DNA from: Eledone cirrhosa
Lineage: Eukaryota
Reading direction: 5' to 3'
Assembly (NCBI GenBank): GCA_964016885.1
Contig: OZ024743.1
Span: 7,254,001-7,318,000 of the forward strand
Length of the DNA stretch: 64,000 nt
A program made the translations under genes and the position numbers. The notes below the pieces were generated by a model, which saw only the letters and a program-made list of their open reading frames with translations, made no database searches and had not been told where the DNA came from. Below are positions 14,082 through 25,847 of the stretch, piece by piece. The first letter of the stretch is position 1, and each line of letters starts with the position of its first letter.

Positions 14082-14414
14082 AGCATGGCTTAGTGGTTAG
14101 AGCATTGGCCTTGCAATCGAAAGGTTGTGAGTTCAATTCTCAGACCGGGTGATGTGTTGTTTCCTTGAGCAAGACACTTTATTTCACATTGCTCCAGTTT
14201 ACTCAGCTGTAGAAATGAGATAAAGACTGGGGTCCATATCATTCCACTGCAAAGTGGTCGTGGAGGTGCCACGGCAAAAAAAAGCACCCAGCACTCACTG
14301 TAAATGAGGTTGGTGTTAGGAAGGGCATCCAGCTGTAGAAATCAAGCCAGAATCAGTTCCCGTCCTACCCTTGCAAGCAGGGAAAAGCGGACGTAAAATG
14401 AAGGAAGGAAGGAA
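14082..14414 (+). mobile_element. tRNA-derived SINE family 1
   Basis: Near-identical to 11015-11350. Confidence 0.8.
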
Positions 14415-15036
14415 GTATATTTCAAAGACCTTTCCACTTTGCAAATAGTGATACATGTTTCTAGTTTTATGAGTTGAGGTTGTTGCTCATGAAAAGTTCA
14501 TGGAAGTTGGTAAGGCCATATATAAGATAGTTACAAGCCATATGCATTTGGTTTTACAAATGCACTTAACCCATTAGTATTTACATTACTCTATATTTTC
14601 ACAGTAAACACTTTATTTCACATAATTATCTCACATGATATTGAATCTACGAGATTTTAATATTTATTTTGAGAACAATACCTTAACGTCAGTATGAGGG
14701 GTTGGATATGTCTGGTTTGAACAGAAAGAGGTGAGAGAATTCTAGCCAGATATGGCTGGTTTAAATGTTAAATAAGAAATAGGATGAGCAAAAAAAAAAA
14801 AAAAGATTGGGATCTCCATTGATGGTTTTCTGAAGCAAATAAGTTCTATTATTATAGTGGCTATGGATTCTGTATGTAAGTAAATAAGACTGGGAAAGTA
14901 GCGTTTTTGTTGCTTTTTTATTTTTTTTTCATGAAATTGATATTATTTTATTATTACTTTACAGGACAATGGTGAAGTTTACATTACATTCATGTGGATG
15001 TTCTGTAAATGATCTTTAATTAATATATTAAAGAAG

Positions 15037-18000
15037 ATGGAGTCAGTGGATACTAATGAGCCCCCTTCAATTCTTGAATCACCACTCATGCAATTAGCAA
15101 ATGCTAGTGCTTCTGCCATAAGAGCTGATCTGTCACTAGAATCCTCTGAAGACCAACCATCTAGCTATACCAATGAGACATCTTTAGATGGGGATAAAGC
15201 AATGAAAGTAAAAGAGAATGATAAATCTAATAATTCCTGCACCCCAAAACATGACCAAAATTTGCTTGAAGACAAGGAATGTTTTCTGAACTCTTGTCAA
15301 AAGGAATCAAGTAAGGAAATTGAAGCAATATCTACCAATAGTTTTGAAAGCAAATTATTAAGCTGTCACACTGATGCACAGAAGAACATTATTTCTCCTA
15401 ATAATTGCTGTGTTTCTGCAACTAAAAATCTCTCTTTTAGTCAATTAGATTTACTAAGAAAATGTGATAACAGAGATGTGTTATGTGATTCACAACCTCT
15501 ATTCCAAACATCACAAATTCAGAACAAAGACAATTCTTATCCATCTTTGAATTGTCCTGATTCAGAACCATCTACAGAAAATTCCAGTTCTATTGAAGAT
15601 AAATTACCTTGTGAATCTTCTAAGTATATTTTAAATTCATTGGCAGGAAAAATAACTTCAAGTAAAAAATCTCTAAATTCTTTTGACAGTGCTGTGAGTG
15701 ATACATTTGATAAAATGTCTGATAACACGGAAGAAATACCTAACAACAAACAAGATCAATCATTATGTACTGATTCTAAGATAAAATCTTTTGTAGAACC
15801 AATATCCAATTCAAATAATGATAGTATTAAGGCATGTTCTAAAAAACTGACATTAACTGATGCTTTAATTGAACAAAATAGATCTCCAGATTACGAAAAC
15901 GCTTGTGTCTCTTCATTTAAAGAGCTACAAAAATTTTCCAATTTTCAACCTTTGTCAAACAAAATATCTATTTCTAAGGAAGAAGCTTATGAAAGAAATG
16001 TAAAAACTTCTCTTATGGATTTGCTTCCTGAAAGTGAAAGCAAAAAATTAGCTGAAAAAAATACTGGTGGGAAAATACATGAAAAAAAAATGACATTTTT
16101 AGCATCTAATAAATTACCTATATCCATAGAACAAAATGTTCTTGGTAATTTGCTTGATAAGAACATAAATGTCTCAAAATCTCTAGTTCAAGAAGATTCC
16201 ATGACTGTTACTGCTGATATCACTTCTAGAACAGATAAAACTTCATTACCAATTACAAATTTCACTTTGATAAATAATGCAGCCCTTAAAGAAGTACCTG
16301 ATGAAACGCTGACAAATGTAAAAAAGAAAGCAAATACTCTGGAACTAACTTCCAAAATTGAAAAAAATAAAGTTAAAGTAAACAAAGTTAATTCTGTTAG
16401 TAAGTCTTCTAAAACTGATGAAAATAACATTACTTCATCTGTAACAAGTGAATCCAATAATATCTCCAAAAGACCACGTAGAAATATCAAGACAAAGCGC
16501 ATATTTTCTGCATCATTAAATGAGGTTAATTCGACTAATCAGGTAAAACATAACCAAAAGAAAAATGTTAAAAAAGAGTCCAAAACAGAACCTTTATATA
16601 AAAAAAGAAAGAAATTACTTTCTCCAAAGAAAAAGCTGAATCTACCAAAAAAGGTACAAGTTGAGGCAGAAGATGCAGATTTGGCAAAGAAAAAAAAAAC
16701 TCAAGTAAAATCATCTAATTATTTTGTTGCTGATCAATCAGTTCCAGCAGTTGTCTCTTCTAGTCATTCTACCATATCTTCAAATCCTTCAGATATCAAT
16801 CTGGATGAAACAAAAACCACTGAAACAAGAAACCTACAGATAGTTCCCAAATCCAAAGTTACTTCAAGTTCTGACGAAAACCGTTCAGTCAGTAAATGTT
16901 CAAAGAAGAATCGAAATAGTAAACCACGAACTATTACAAAGGGTAAAACTTTAAAGTCTAATGTTAAAAAAGGAGCAACAAAGAACAATAAAAATAAGTC
17001 TTCTGTTACTAAAACAAATAAGAATACAAATAAAAAAGTATTTTCGGAAATATCCTCTGAAAATGAATGTAGCATAGTTTTACCTTCCCACATACCCATG
17101 AAGTTGCCCAATCATCCTGCTTCTATTCACAGTGAAACTATAAACTTCAATGTTACTGAAATTGAAAATTACATTAAAAAAGAGCCTACAGATATTGTTG
17201 ACCTTAATGAGCCTTCAAGTTCTAAACTTTGTGATAGCAAAACTGAATTAGTTTGTAATGCTTCCACTACTGTTGGTGAAACTCAAGAAATAAGGAAACT
17301 GCTTAATGCTAGTTCAAGTGCTTCTCAGTTAGTAAGCACAAATCCATCAGGCACATCAACATCAGTTTCTAATGTACAACCCCTTGGCTCTGTGAAAATT
17401 AGTCCTGTATCCCCATATGCAATATTTTTACCAGTTTCTCTTCCTTCTGGTTCATCTGTTCCTACTACTGCATCAACTCCTTTAATATCATCAAACTGCT
17501 TTCAGTTAAATATCCCAAGTGTTCTTCGAAAAGAAAAACCTTTGTTACCAAATGATAATCTCATCTATAAAAAGTCAGACAGTACAGTTCAGTTGGTGAA
17601 CAATTCAAAACAGGTAAAATTTATTAGTAGGACTAATCCTATTCCTGCATATTTTCCAGCTCCTTTACCCAAATCTCTCATAGACAAGGTAACTGTTAAC
17701 TACCATTCATGTGCTGAATGTGGTGATACATTTTTATTTAAGTCAAGTTTGCATATTCACAAGACACGTAAATGCTTGCAAATAACTTATAACTGTGACA
17801 ATTGTACAATGAAACTTATTTTTTATAATAAGTGTGCTGTGCTGGAACATATCCGGTCACATTATCCTTCTCAGCCAGTTACTATTAAACTAGATAAAAT
17901 GGAAATTGTTCCCCTGCCTGAGAGTATTACTGACATTCTTGAAATAGATGACTTTAAACAAATATCAGTACAGAAGACAACTGAGGAGAGCAGCAACTTT

Positions 18001-19974
18001 GATTGCATTGAATGTGGTGCCAAGTTCCATAACTCTCGTGCTTTGGCTCAGCATTTTGGACATTCAGAAACACTTTGTACTTTTACATATTACTGTGCTT
18101 TATGTCAGTCATATTTACCTAGACATTGTGCACAGAAGGCACATCGACGTATTCATCATGAAAAAACTCCTCATGTTTGTCCAGAATGTGGCCAGTTAAT
18201 ACCTAACCTTGTATCTTTCAGACATCATTTGAAATATAAATGTGTTCATTTTTCCCGCATTGCTCCACTCACATGTCCAAAATGCTTGGCAAAATTTTGT
18301 TATGGTCCAGAATTAAAAGATCATATTATTTCTGTGCACAGTGAAACATTTATCAAATGTTCAATTTGTCCAATGGCTTTTAAAGCCAAATCTTTTTATG
18401 AGAACCACCACCAAAGCATACACCTATCTGAACAAGAACAGAAAAAAGAAATTTACAAGTGCCCACTGTGTGATACAGTCTTTCATAATATCCAACAATT
18501 AATGAATCATGTTGATGTTCATATAAATGACTTAAAAGTTGGTGTTGATTATGCTTTCCGATGTTCTGTATGTTCAGTTATATTTGATAAACGCTCACTT
18601 TTGTTGACTCATCTGGGAAATTGCCATCATCTTGATTTTATGCAGCACAGATGTGAATTTTGTGACTGTGTTTGTAAAACAGCCCATAATCTTCAGACAC
18701 ATCAGAAAGCAATTCACAAAATTGAATTGACTAAAGTTAGTAGCAAAAGTGACACTAAAAAGGAAAATGAGCTTCTAAAATCAAAAAAATGTAAAGATAA
18801 AGGTATTGCATATTGTTCCTTATGTCAAATATTTTTTGCTACAGAGGGGCAATTACAAATGCATACAACAAAAGTTCACGAAAAAGCTACTAATTCTTCT
18901 GCAGTTACTGCAAAAGCTCGGAATGCACAAAAGTTTTGTCAGTATTGTCATGCTCCATATAAATCTTGGAATCGTCTTATGCAGCACATTTTAGGACACC
19001 GGCAGTCGGGTGTTTATATGTGTCTTTTGTGTACAAATGCTGCTTTTCTTACAAAAGAAGATCTCCATAAACACGAGGAATTTTGTAGTGGAGAAATTAT
19101 TCAAGGCAAGTTACCAACAGTATTTGAATGCAAAGTTTGCCATGAACTTTTCAAGCAAGAGAACTGGTTAATAGCTCATCAGAAAAATATTCATTCAAAA
19201 AAAGCTATGTTCCCTTGTCACTTATGTAGCTTAGTCTATAAATCAAATGATACGTTACTTAGGCATATACAAATAGCACATGAAAAGAAAAAGCATTTTT
19301 ATTCATGTCACATATGCAAAGAGTTGAACAAGGAAAAAGTATTCCGAAGTCGTATCCAATTGGAAAAACATATTGTTTCTAAACATAAAACTCTTCGTAA
19401 TAAAAACAATAGTTCCAAAACACAGCCTCAACCAAATGAAGAAGCTAGACCTTCTAAACATTCTACAAAAACTGACATTAATGAGCAAAGTATTATTGCA
19501 GATGGTCAGCCTCTAAAGAAATTAAAAACACAGGACGAAACCTTTTGTTGTGCTAAGTGCATTTTTACAAGTAAGGATTATAACTTGTTTCAAGTTCATA
19601 TACAAGAGCATCAAACAGTCAACGATGGTATCCAGTGCAGTGAATGTGGTTTGTGTTTTACTGCAGTTGATTCTCTACGAATGCATTTGTTTATGATACA
19701 CAAAATAAAACAAACAAATGAGTTTTTGAGCACTCATGGTTTACTTGATAAAAAAACTAATCTTAAAACTGAAAATGCTCCAATACATACAACAGAAAAC
19801 TCTCCACAGCAGTTAAGCAATATTGAAGTTAGTCAAGCTGAACAAATTCAATCTTATGAATGCAATGTATGCTATAAAGTGTTTGAAAGTGAACACCTTC
19901 TTAAAATACATTTGCGAACTCATGGTATGGCATTTATTCGTTCAAAACGTCTTAATGTAGTTGAAACAACATAA
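15037..19974 (+). CDS. C2H2 zinc-finger protein of the ZNF532/ZNF592/ZNF687 family; single coding exon, 1645 aa
   Basis: Open 4.9-kb ORF with a low-complexity S/K/N-rich N-terminal half and about 19 C2H2-type fingers. Family-diagnostic motifs: CAECGDTF..CDNCTMKLIFYNKCAVLEHIRSH, HRRIHHEKTPHVCPECG, KCSICPMAFK and C-terminal HLRTHGMAFIRSKR. Splice acceptor ttattactttacag ends at 14964. Confidence 0.92.
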   Translation: MESVDTNEPPSILESPLMQLANASASAIRADLSLESSEDQPSSYTNETSLDGDKAMKVKENDKSNNSCTPKHDQNLLEDKECFLNSCQKESSKEIEAISTNSFESKLLSCHTDAQKNIISPNNCCVSATKNLSFSQLDLLRKCDNRDVLCDSQPLFQTSQIQNKDNSYPSLNCPDSEPSTENSSSIEDKLPCESSKYILNSLAGKITSSKKSLNSFDSAVSDTFDKMSDNTEEIPNNKQDQSLCTDSKIKSFVEPISNSNNDSIKACSKKLTLTDALIEQNRSPDYENACVSSFKELQKFSNFQPLSNKISISKEEAYERNVKTSLMDLLPESESKKLAEKNTGGKIHEKKMTFLASNKLPISIEQNVLGNLLDKNINVSKSLVQEDSMTVTADITSRTDKTSLPITNFTLINNAALKEVPDETLTNVKKKANTLELTSKIEKNKVKVNKVNSVSKSSKTDENNITSSVTSESNNISKRPRRNIKTKRIFSASLNEVNSTNQVKHNQKKNVKKESKTEPLYKKRKKLLSPKKKLNLPKKVQVEAEDADLAKKKKTQVKSSNYFVADQSVPAVVSSSHSTISSNPSDINLDETKTTETRNLQIVPKSKVTSSSDENRSVSKCSKKNRNSKPRTITKGKTLKSNVKKGATKNNKNKSSVTKTNKNTNKKVFSEISSENECSIVLPSHIPMKLPNHPASIHSETINFNVTEIENYIKKEPTDIVDLNEPSSSKLCDSKTELVCNASTTVGETQEIRKLLNASSSASQLVSTNPSGTSTSVSNVQPLGSVKISPVSPYAIFLPVSLPSGSSVPTTASTPLISSNCFQLNIPSVLRKEKPLLPNDNLIYKKSDSTVQLVNNSKQVKFISRTNPIPAYFPAPLPKSLIDKVTVNYHSCAECGDTFLFKSSLHIHKTRKCLQITYNCDNCTMKLIFYNKCAVLEHIRSHYPSQPVTIKLDKMEIVPLPESITDILEIDDFKQISVQKTTEESSNFDCIECGAKFHNSRALAQHFGHSETLCTFTYYCALCQSYLPRHCAQKAHRRIHHEKTPHVCPECGQLIPNLVSFRHHLKYKCVHFSRIAPLTCPKCLAKFCYGPELKDHIISVHSETFIKCSICPMAFKAKSFYENHHQSIHLSEQEQKKEIYKCPLCDTVFHNIQQLMNHVDVHINDLKVGVDYAFRCSVCSVIFDKRSLLLTHLGNCHHLDFMQHRCEFCDCVCKTAHNLQTHQKAIHKIELTKVSSKSDTKKENELLKSKKCKDKGIAYCSLCQIFFATEGQLQMHTTKVHEKATNSSAVTAKARNAQKFCQYCHAPYKSWNRLMQHILGHRQSGVYMCLLCTNAAFLTKEDLHKHEEFCSGEIIQGKLPTVFECKVCHELFKQENWLIAHQKNIHSKKAMFPCHLCSLVYKSNDTLLRHIQIAHEKKKHFYSCHICKELNKEKVFRSRIQLEKHIVSKHKTLRNKNNSSKTQPQPNEEARPSKHSTKTDINEQSIIADGQPLKKLKTQDETFCCAKCIFTSKDYNLFQVHIQEHQTVNDGIQCSECGLCFTAVDSLRMHLFMIHKIKQTNEFLSTHGLLDKKTNLKTENAPIHTTENSPQQLSNIEVSQAEQIQSYECNVCYKVFESEHLLKIHLRTHGMAFIRSKRLNVVETT

Positions 19975-22900
19975 ATTTTCAATATGTTTTGAGTTATTTA
20001 TTAAATGTTATGGACCTTATTTTGTATTACTAATTGATGCATACTGTCACATTTGTTTATAGATTTTGCATATTATCACATTCTTATTACTCTTACATCT
20101 AATTTAGCCAGCATGTTGCAGTAGTTTATCGTGGAGCTCAACAAATTAATTCTACATTTCTAATGTTATCGTTTTACTTGTAGCATAGAATTGATATAGC
20201 TCTCAGTTTGCTTCTGTCTGCTGAAAGTAAATTGAAGAAGAAATTAAGACCAAACCAATACTACTGGATGCTTGTTTAGCTTAGGCTAGCCTTGATTGAG
20301 TTATGGTCAAAGCCATTTTATCTGGGACAGTTTATCTCAGACTTCTCTTTGTTTACAGATGGTTGGGTGTGATTGGGAAAATTGCCTGCTATTTCTAGCA
20401 GGTTGTTTGGCTCCAGATCAATAATTGAGCAAACGTATGATCACAAGTGTTCCATCCTGCATTCTTTGGATATCAATACATTGTCCAATATCTCCTTTTA
20501 TATATACATATTTATAATGTATACATATACATGTGTATTTTTCTGATGAGCTATTAACCAGTTCTCTTGCTTGAAAAGTTCATGGCAAACTTTGCATGTG
20601 TGTGTACATATATATATATATATATATAATATCCCGTCCACCAATATAAAATGTAACCTGACCCATCCCTGTGTCCTCCCCTTACACTAGCACTCCCTAG
20701 TAGCTATCCTTGCCATCACTGCACATTCCCACACCACCCCAATCATGCTCCCTCAAGTATCACTATCCTGAGATACCCTCACTATTGCACCCTAGTAGCT
20801 TCTCTCTCCACCCTTGTACACTACTCCTTGCCCCACAACCACTCTTTAGCTATTATCTTCATCACTAACCAAATGCCAGTGAGTTTCCTCTCCACCCCCC
20901 ACGGTTCCACCACTATTACTGCTTAGATATTCTCACCATCACCATATCCCCTTACAGTCGGTCACCCCTTTCCTCCTACTAATCACCTTGTCAAATCATT
21001 CTGCACTTGCCATACATCCATACTTTGTACACTCATGGCTGTGTGGTTAAGAAGTTCGTTTCACAACCATGTGGTCTTTTATGCCTTGTGAATTAATTTG
21101 GTAGACAGAAAATGTATGAAGCACGTTATATATTTATATATGCTATCTGTGTTAGTTTTTCACTGCCCCTTCTCTAGTACAGGTTTGGTTAGTGGTGTAA
21201 AGATTTATGCAGTACATATGAACAATTGAAGGCATCCAGCCACAAAATATCTAGTCCAACCCATGCCAGAATGAAAAAAATGGACATAAGATTGATTATA
21301 CAAACTCACAAAGCTCATTTAAAACTCAGCATGTTCAATTTACTCCTTCTCAAACATTGCATCTTTTCTTAACAGAATGCCTCCAATCAGTTTGGTTTAC
21401 CTCCAGCTTTTCCAAATCACTCATTTATTCCTAGTTTTTTTTAGATTCTATTTTATGCAGTCCTTCTATCATTTGGGGGTCTTATTTTGTGTGACAAAGT
21501 ATATTGAAAATAGAGTAGGGGCTGTTGTTACACTCCATTGTCTAGAGTAATTTCAGGAGACAGATACCCATTGAATATGACTTGAGTGTTCATGTTACAA
21601 TATAGTTCCTTTAACAGATTCATAACTTTTGACAAACAACCCAAGAATTCTCCACATTGCCTCTCTGTTTAGTGTCAAAGGTTTTCTTTAAGTCTAGAAA
21701 GACTTGGTATAAAGGCATCTGCTATTTGATGAATTTCTGTTGAAGTTGTCTAAGAGATCATCGATTCAGCATCAATCTTGATAAAATCTTGCCAAAAGGT
21801 TCCAAGGGGGTGACAGCATAAGAATTATCATATACAGATTTAGATACATTGTCTTTATAAATTGTATCAAGAATTCCATCAATCTAGTCCTGTAGTACAA
21901 GAGTTAATTCCCAGCTGTCATCAGATTAGGTATGGCAAATGAAATCTTCCTCTTTCCTCCATTTTGTAAAATTTCTAATTGTCCATCAAATCCTAGTGCC
22001 TTGCCAGCTTTCATATGGTTACTTGTCAAAACCTTGTCATCATTTATAGCCCTACAATCCAAATAATGAAGTACATTTTATTGGAGTAGGCCATCAACAA
22101 TTACCACTGAAGGATTGAAAAAAGTTCAGTAAAATGTTTATTCTAATGCTGCATGAGAATTTTGGATCTTTAAACAGTTGATTCTAGAGGAGGTACTGAA
22201 GATGATTCATCATCATCATCTTCATTTAACGTCCATTTTCCACGCTAGCATGGGTTGTGGACCAAAATCCTGGTGTAAAAGACCATATTGAGTTAAGAAT
22301 CTTTATCAAAATCTCCCTTCACAGTGTTGATATCAAAGTGAAAGGCAAAGGTTGATACAGCTTGGCACCAGTGGCATTGCAACTCATTTCTTCAGGCTGA
22401 GTGAACTGGAGAAACATGAAAGAAAGTGTCTTGCTCAAGGACACAATGCACCACCTGTTCATGGAATTGAACTCACAACCTTATGACCATGAGCCCAGCT
22501 CCCTAACTATAAAGCTATGTGCTTTATCAAAAACAACTTGAATCTCTGAAATATTTTACCACCTAATGTTTTAATCCTCTTCAACTGTTGCCTTTGCTTT
22601 ATGTTGCAGTTGCCTTATGGATTTTAAAAACTCTTCAGCTACTGATTGATTTTGCAGGTTTGTGTCTAACAGACATTACTAAAGGGAGTGTTTAATTTCC
22701 TATAGTATTATCATCAAAGCAATCTATCATTTTTTTTTTCTTTAATCTATGTACTTCAGCACCTGGTTTCTACAGTAGATTGACCCTTCCTGTTGTACAC
22801 AAAACCCCACCAATGCCTCCCCAACCAGATCAAGGACACAGCACTCTAGTGTTGTAATGAAATACTTGTTTTGATGTTACACAGACATGCATAACTCCTT

Positions 22901-23940
22901 GAATATTAACACAACCAGTTTACAGAGCTGGCTGGGTGTTTTTTTGTTGTGATACCTACATGACCACTGTACAGTGTGGGCTGGGTGCTTTTTGTCGAGT
23001 ATGTAGTTAAAAATATACAAAAAAAAACAACATAAAAGGTCTACCAAAGCTAGAAACAGACATTCAAATTTCCCTTAAATTACACATCCTACTGCCTTAA
23101 TGATGATTTATTTCCTGGCATGAAAGCTGTGCTGGAAAGGACCTGTCCAGTCTATGTAAGGATAGAAAAATGTTGAAGATATCAAAATGTTCATTGCATT
23201 GTTTGTGAACTAGTTATTGACATGCTTCTGCTGTGACTGATTTGTAACTTAGTAACAGGTTAGTCTTTACTAGCTTCAGATGTTTTTTTTTAATAATTAC
23301 TTGTTGAACTTTAGTAAAAAAACTTCATAAAGAAATGAAAGGCAATGCAATCAGAGTTGGAATTGCTGGAGACATCCCCAACCATTTTATAGTATGGTAG
23401 GCAGTTTGGACATCAGCTAACTGCCTATAATATTTGTTTCTACTTTTGGCACATGGCCAGCAATTACCCCAGTGTATTACTGGTGATTTATTTATTGACC
23501 CTGTAAAGATGATAGGCAAAGTTAACCTCGGTGGGATTTGAACTCAGAACATAAAGGGCCATGACTATGCTGCAAAGCATGGTGTCTACTGATACTGCCA
23601 AACAACATCTTGTTATATTGATGACATAAACTTTGTGAAAAATGTTCCATACATTGACATATGAGAAACACATGATAACTTAACAATGATAGTATAAATG
23701 TAACTATTGACTTCCCTCTCTCCCCCGGAGATTGCCTGTGTTTGATACTGAGTTGTGGATAGAGGACATAACCATCTGTGGAACTCCCAAAATGTGCATA
23801 CTCCATTTACACTATAGAAAATCTTAACAGTGAAGCCTTTGCAATGCCCTTGATGCAACTGGAAAGTACTCATACAGTTTTTGGCATGATTTCTACAGCT
23901 GGTTGCCTTTTTTTTTATCACCAACTACCCTACATAGTAT

Positions 23941-24390
23941 ATCATCATCATTTTACGTCCGCTCTTCCCTGCTTGCAAGGGTGGGACGGGTCTTATTCAG
24001 CACAGCATCTCTCCACTTGTCACAGTCCTTCGTCATCTCCACCGTGAGCTCTGTTCTCACCACCTCCACCCATGTTTGTGGTCTACCTCTACCATGTCTT
24101 CTTTCAACTGGCATTTCCTGGCACTTCTTCACCCATCGGTCATCCTCCATGCGCATCACATGTCCATACCACCTCAGTCTCCTCTCCCGTACACTACATT
24201 CTATCCCTCTCAGACACAGTTTCTCTCTCAACACATTCATGCTGGGTCGTTCACGCACATTGACACTGCACATCCAATGGACCATGCTTGCCTCATTTCT
24301 CTCCAGCCGTCGCATATCCTCTGCAGTTGCTGCCCATGTCTCACTACTATGCAGCATCGCGCTCCTCACACAAGCATCATATAACCGGCC
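23941..24390 (-). mobile_element. RTE-clade LINE 3' fragment
   Basis: AMLHSSETW..RRLRWYGHVMRM..GRGRPQTW; (GAT)n tail. Confidence 0.85.
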
Positions 24391-25824
24391 TTTCGGTTGT
24401 ATTTTTCATTGCACCTGGAAAAGCCTTTTTACAGTCACACATTCAGTGATCTTTTTGAGTACTAAGAAAGGTTTAGGTGTATGAATTGTCAGTAAGAGAG
24501 GGTTTGATCATAAGTATAAATAGCAAGAGCACAGGATCCCAATGATCTCTGGTATGTGACATTCCTCTATATGGAGGGAGTCAATAAGAATTCATTAATT
24601 GAACTTAATGCAAGCAATTGGTACGCAAATCATATGGAAGGATATGAAATGAAGTATATATACTTCTAAAACAATAGGTTGGTATTGGGAATATAATCCA
24701 ACAAGTAGAATAAATCATCTAGTAGTTGTGTAGATTAGACAATTAGTGTATGAGAATGTAAAACACAATGTAAATCGATTAATTCAATATCAGAAAATAT
24801 TTTGAACTTTGACTTATATGCTCTATAGTGTGTAATTTTCTTAGAAAATATCTGATTGCCAAATCTGCAACAGCAGATGGATGGTGACTGATTAATTAGT
24901 TTTATTGAGAAAGAGAGAGCCTGCATGGGTCTAAATGAAGAAAATGAGAAGAAATTTAGGTTTCTCTTAAATGGAAATTGTTAAATGATGTAGAGAAGTA
25001 TGAAATTTACATGTAAAAGAGGTTATGTATTATTTTTGGTTCAACCTACACATAACAAATCATTTGTTTCATTTTTAAACAAGAAGAAGCAAATATTGAA
25101 ACTTTTTATCATAATTCTGTTATGAACTTCTCTTACATGTCTAAATTTCAACCTTTCTTTTTAGATAAAGACAAACAAACTAAAAGTCTTTTTTATTATA
25201 AAAACAGTGGCAAAAGCTGTCCACACAACGAAAGTAAAAAGTTTATCAACTACTCTTTTAAAATATAGTTGAAGGGATTTATTTTAATATATAGCAAAAT
25301 GTACATTTAATATGAAAGTTATTTGGCAATTCTTCACAAATAGAGAAATATTTTCCTTAAAAAATATATACACACTTAAAAAGGCTTTACAGGAATTTCA
25401 TATAAAAAAGAGTCTTAATTTAATGGAAGTTTTAAATCAATTCATATAAAAGGGAAAGTTTACACGTCCTTCCATTATCTTTGAAGCAGGCAAAAGTATT
25501 TTATATTTTCCTTCAAGACTGCAGATATTTGATAATGGACGAGTTATTGGCGTTCAGCCTCAGGTCATCTGATTAAGCCAACATGTTCACCGCTGACTAT
25601 CTTGTCTTTCTTTCATGTATAGTGTACCCTAGACAACATTATCCAATGTATCCTCTTTTAATATGGTAGGGCATTATGAATAACATTTGCCAGCTAATTC
25701 TAGCAGTCCACTTAGAGGCACATTGGTGGAAGATAGCTGTGGTAGGTGTACAGCGGAAAGAAATAACTGGATTAGATCCAAGTATTTTTCAACAGATTAT
25801 TCATGTATTTTTATTGACTAAGTT

Positions 25825-25847
25825 TCAGTTTTCAACAGGCAATCTTT
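25825..25847 (-). CDS. EIF2AK1: Candidate terminal coding exon B of the kinase
   Basis: cttttatatattccag|(E)RLPVEN*; in phase, followed by AATAAA (25815-25810 on -). Confidence 0.5.

Noticed and set aside
15537-19488. Antisense and alternate-frame ORFs overlapping the zinc-finger CDS
   Set aside because: Shadow ORFs with no motifs, expected from codon bias.
21300-22700. Possible decayed LINE between the two genes
   Set aside because: Only faint RT-like remnants on the minus strand; too degraded to classify by eye.
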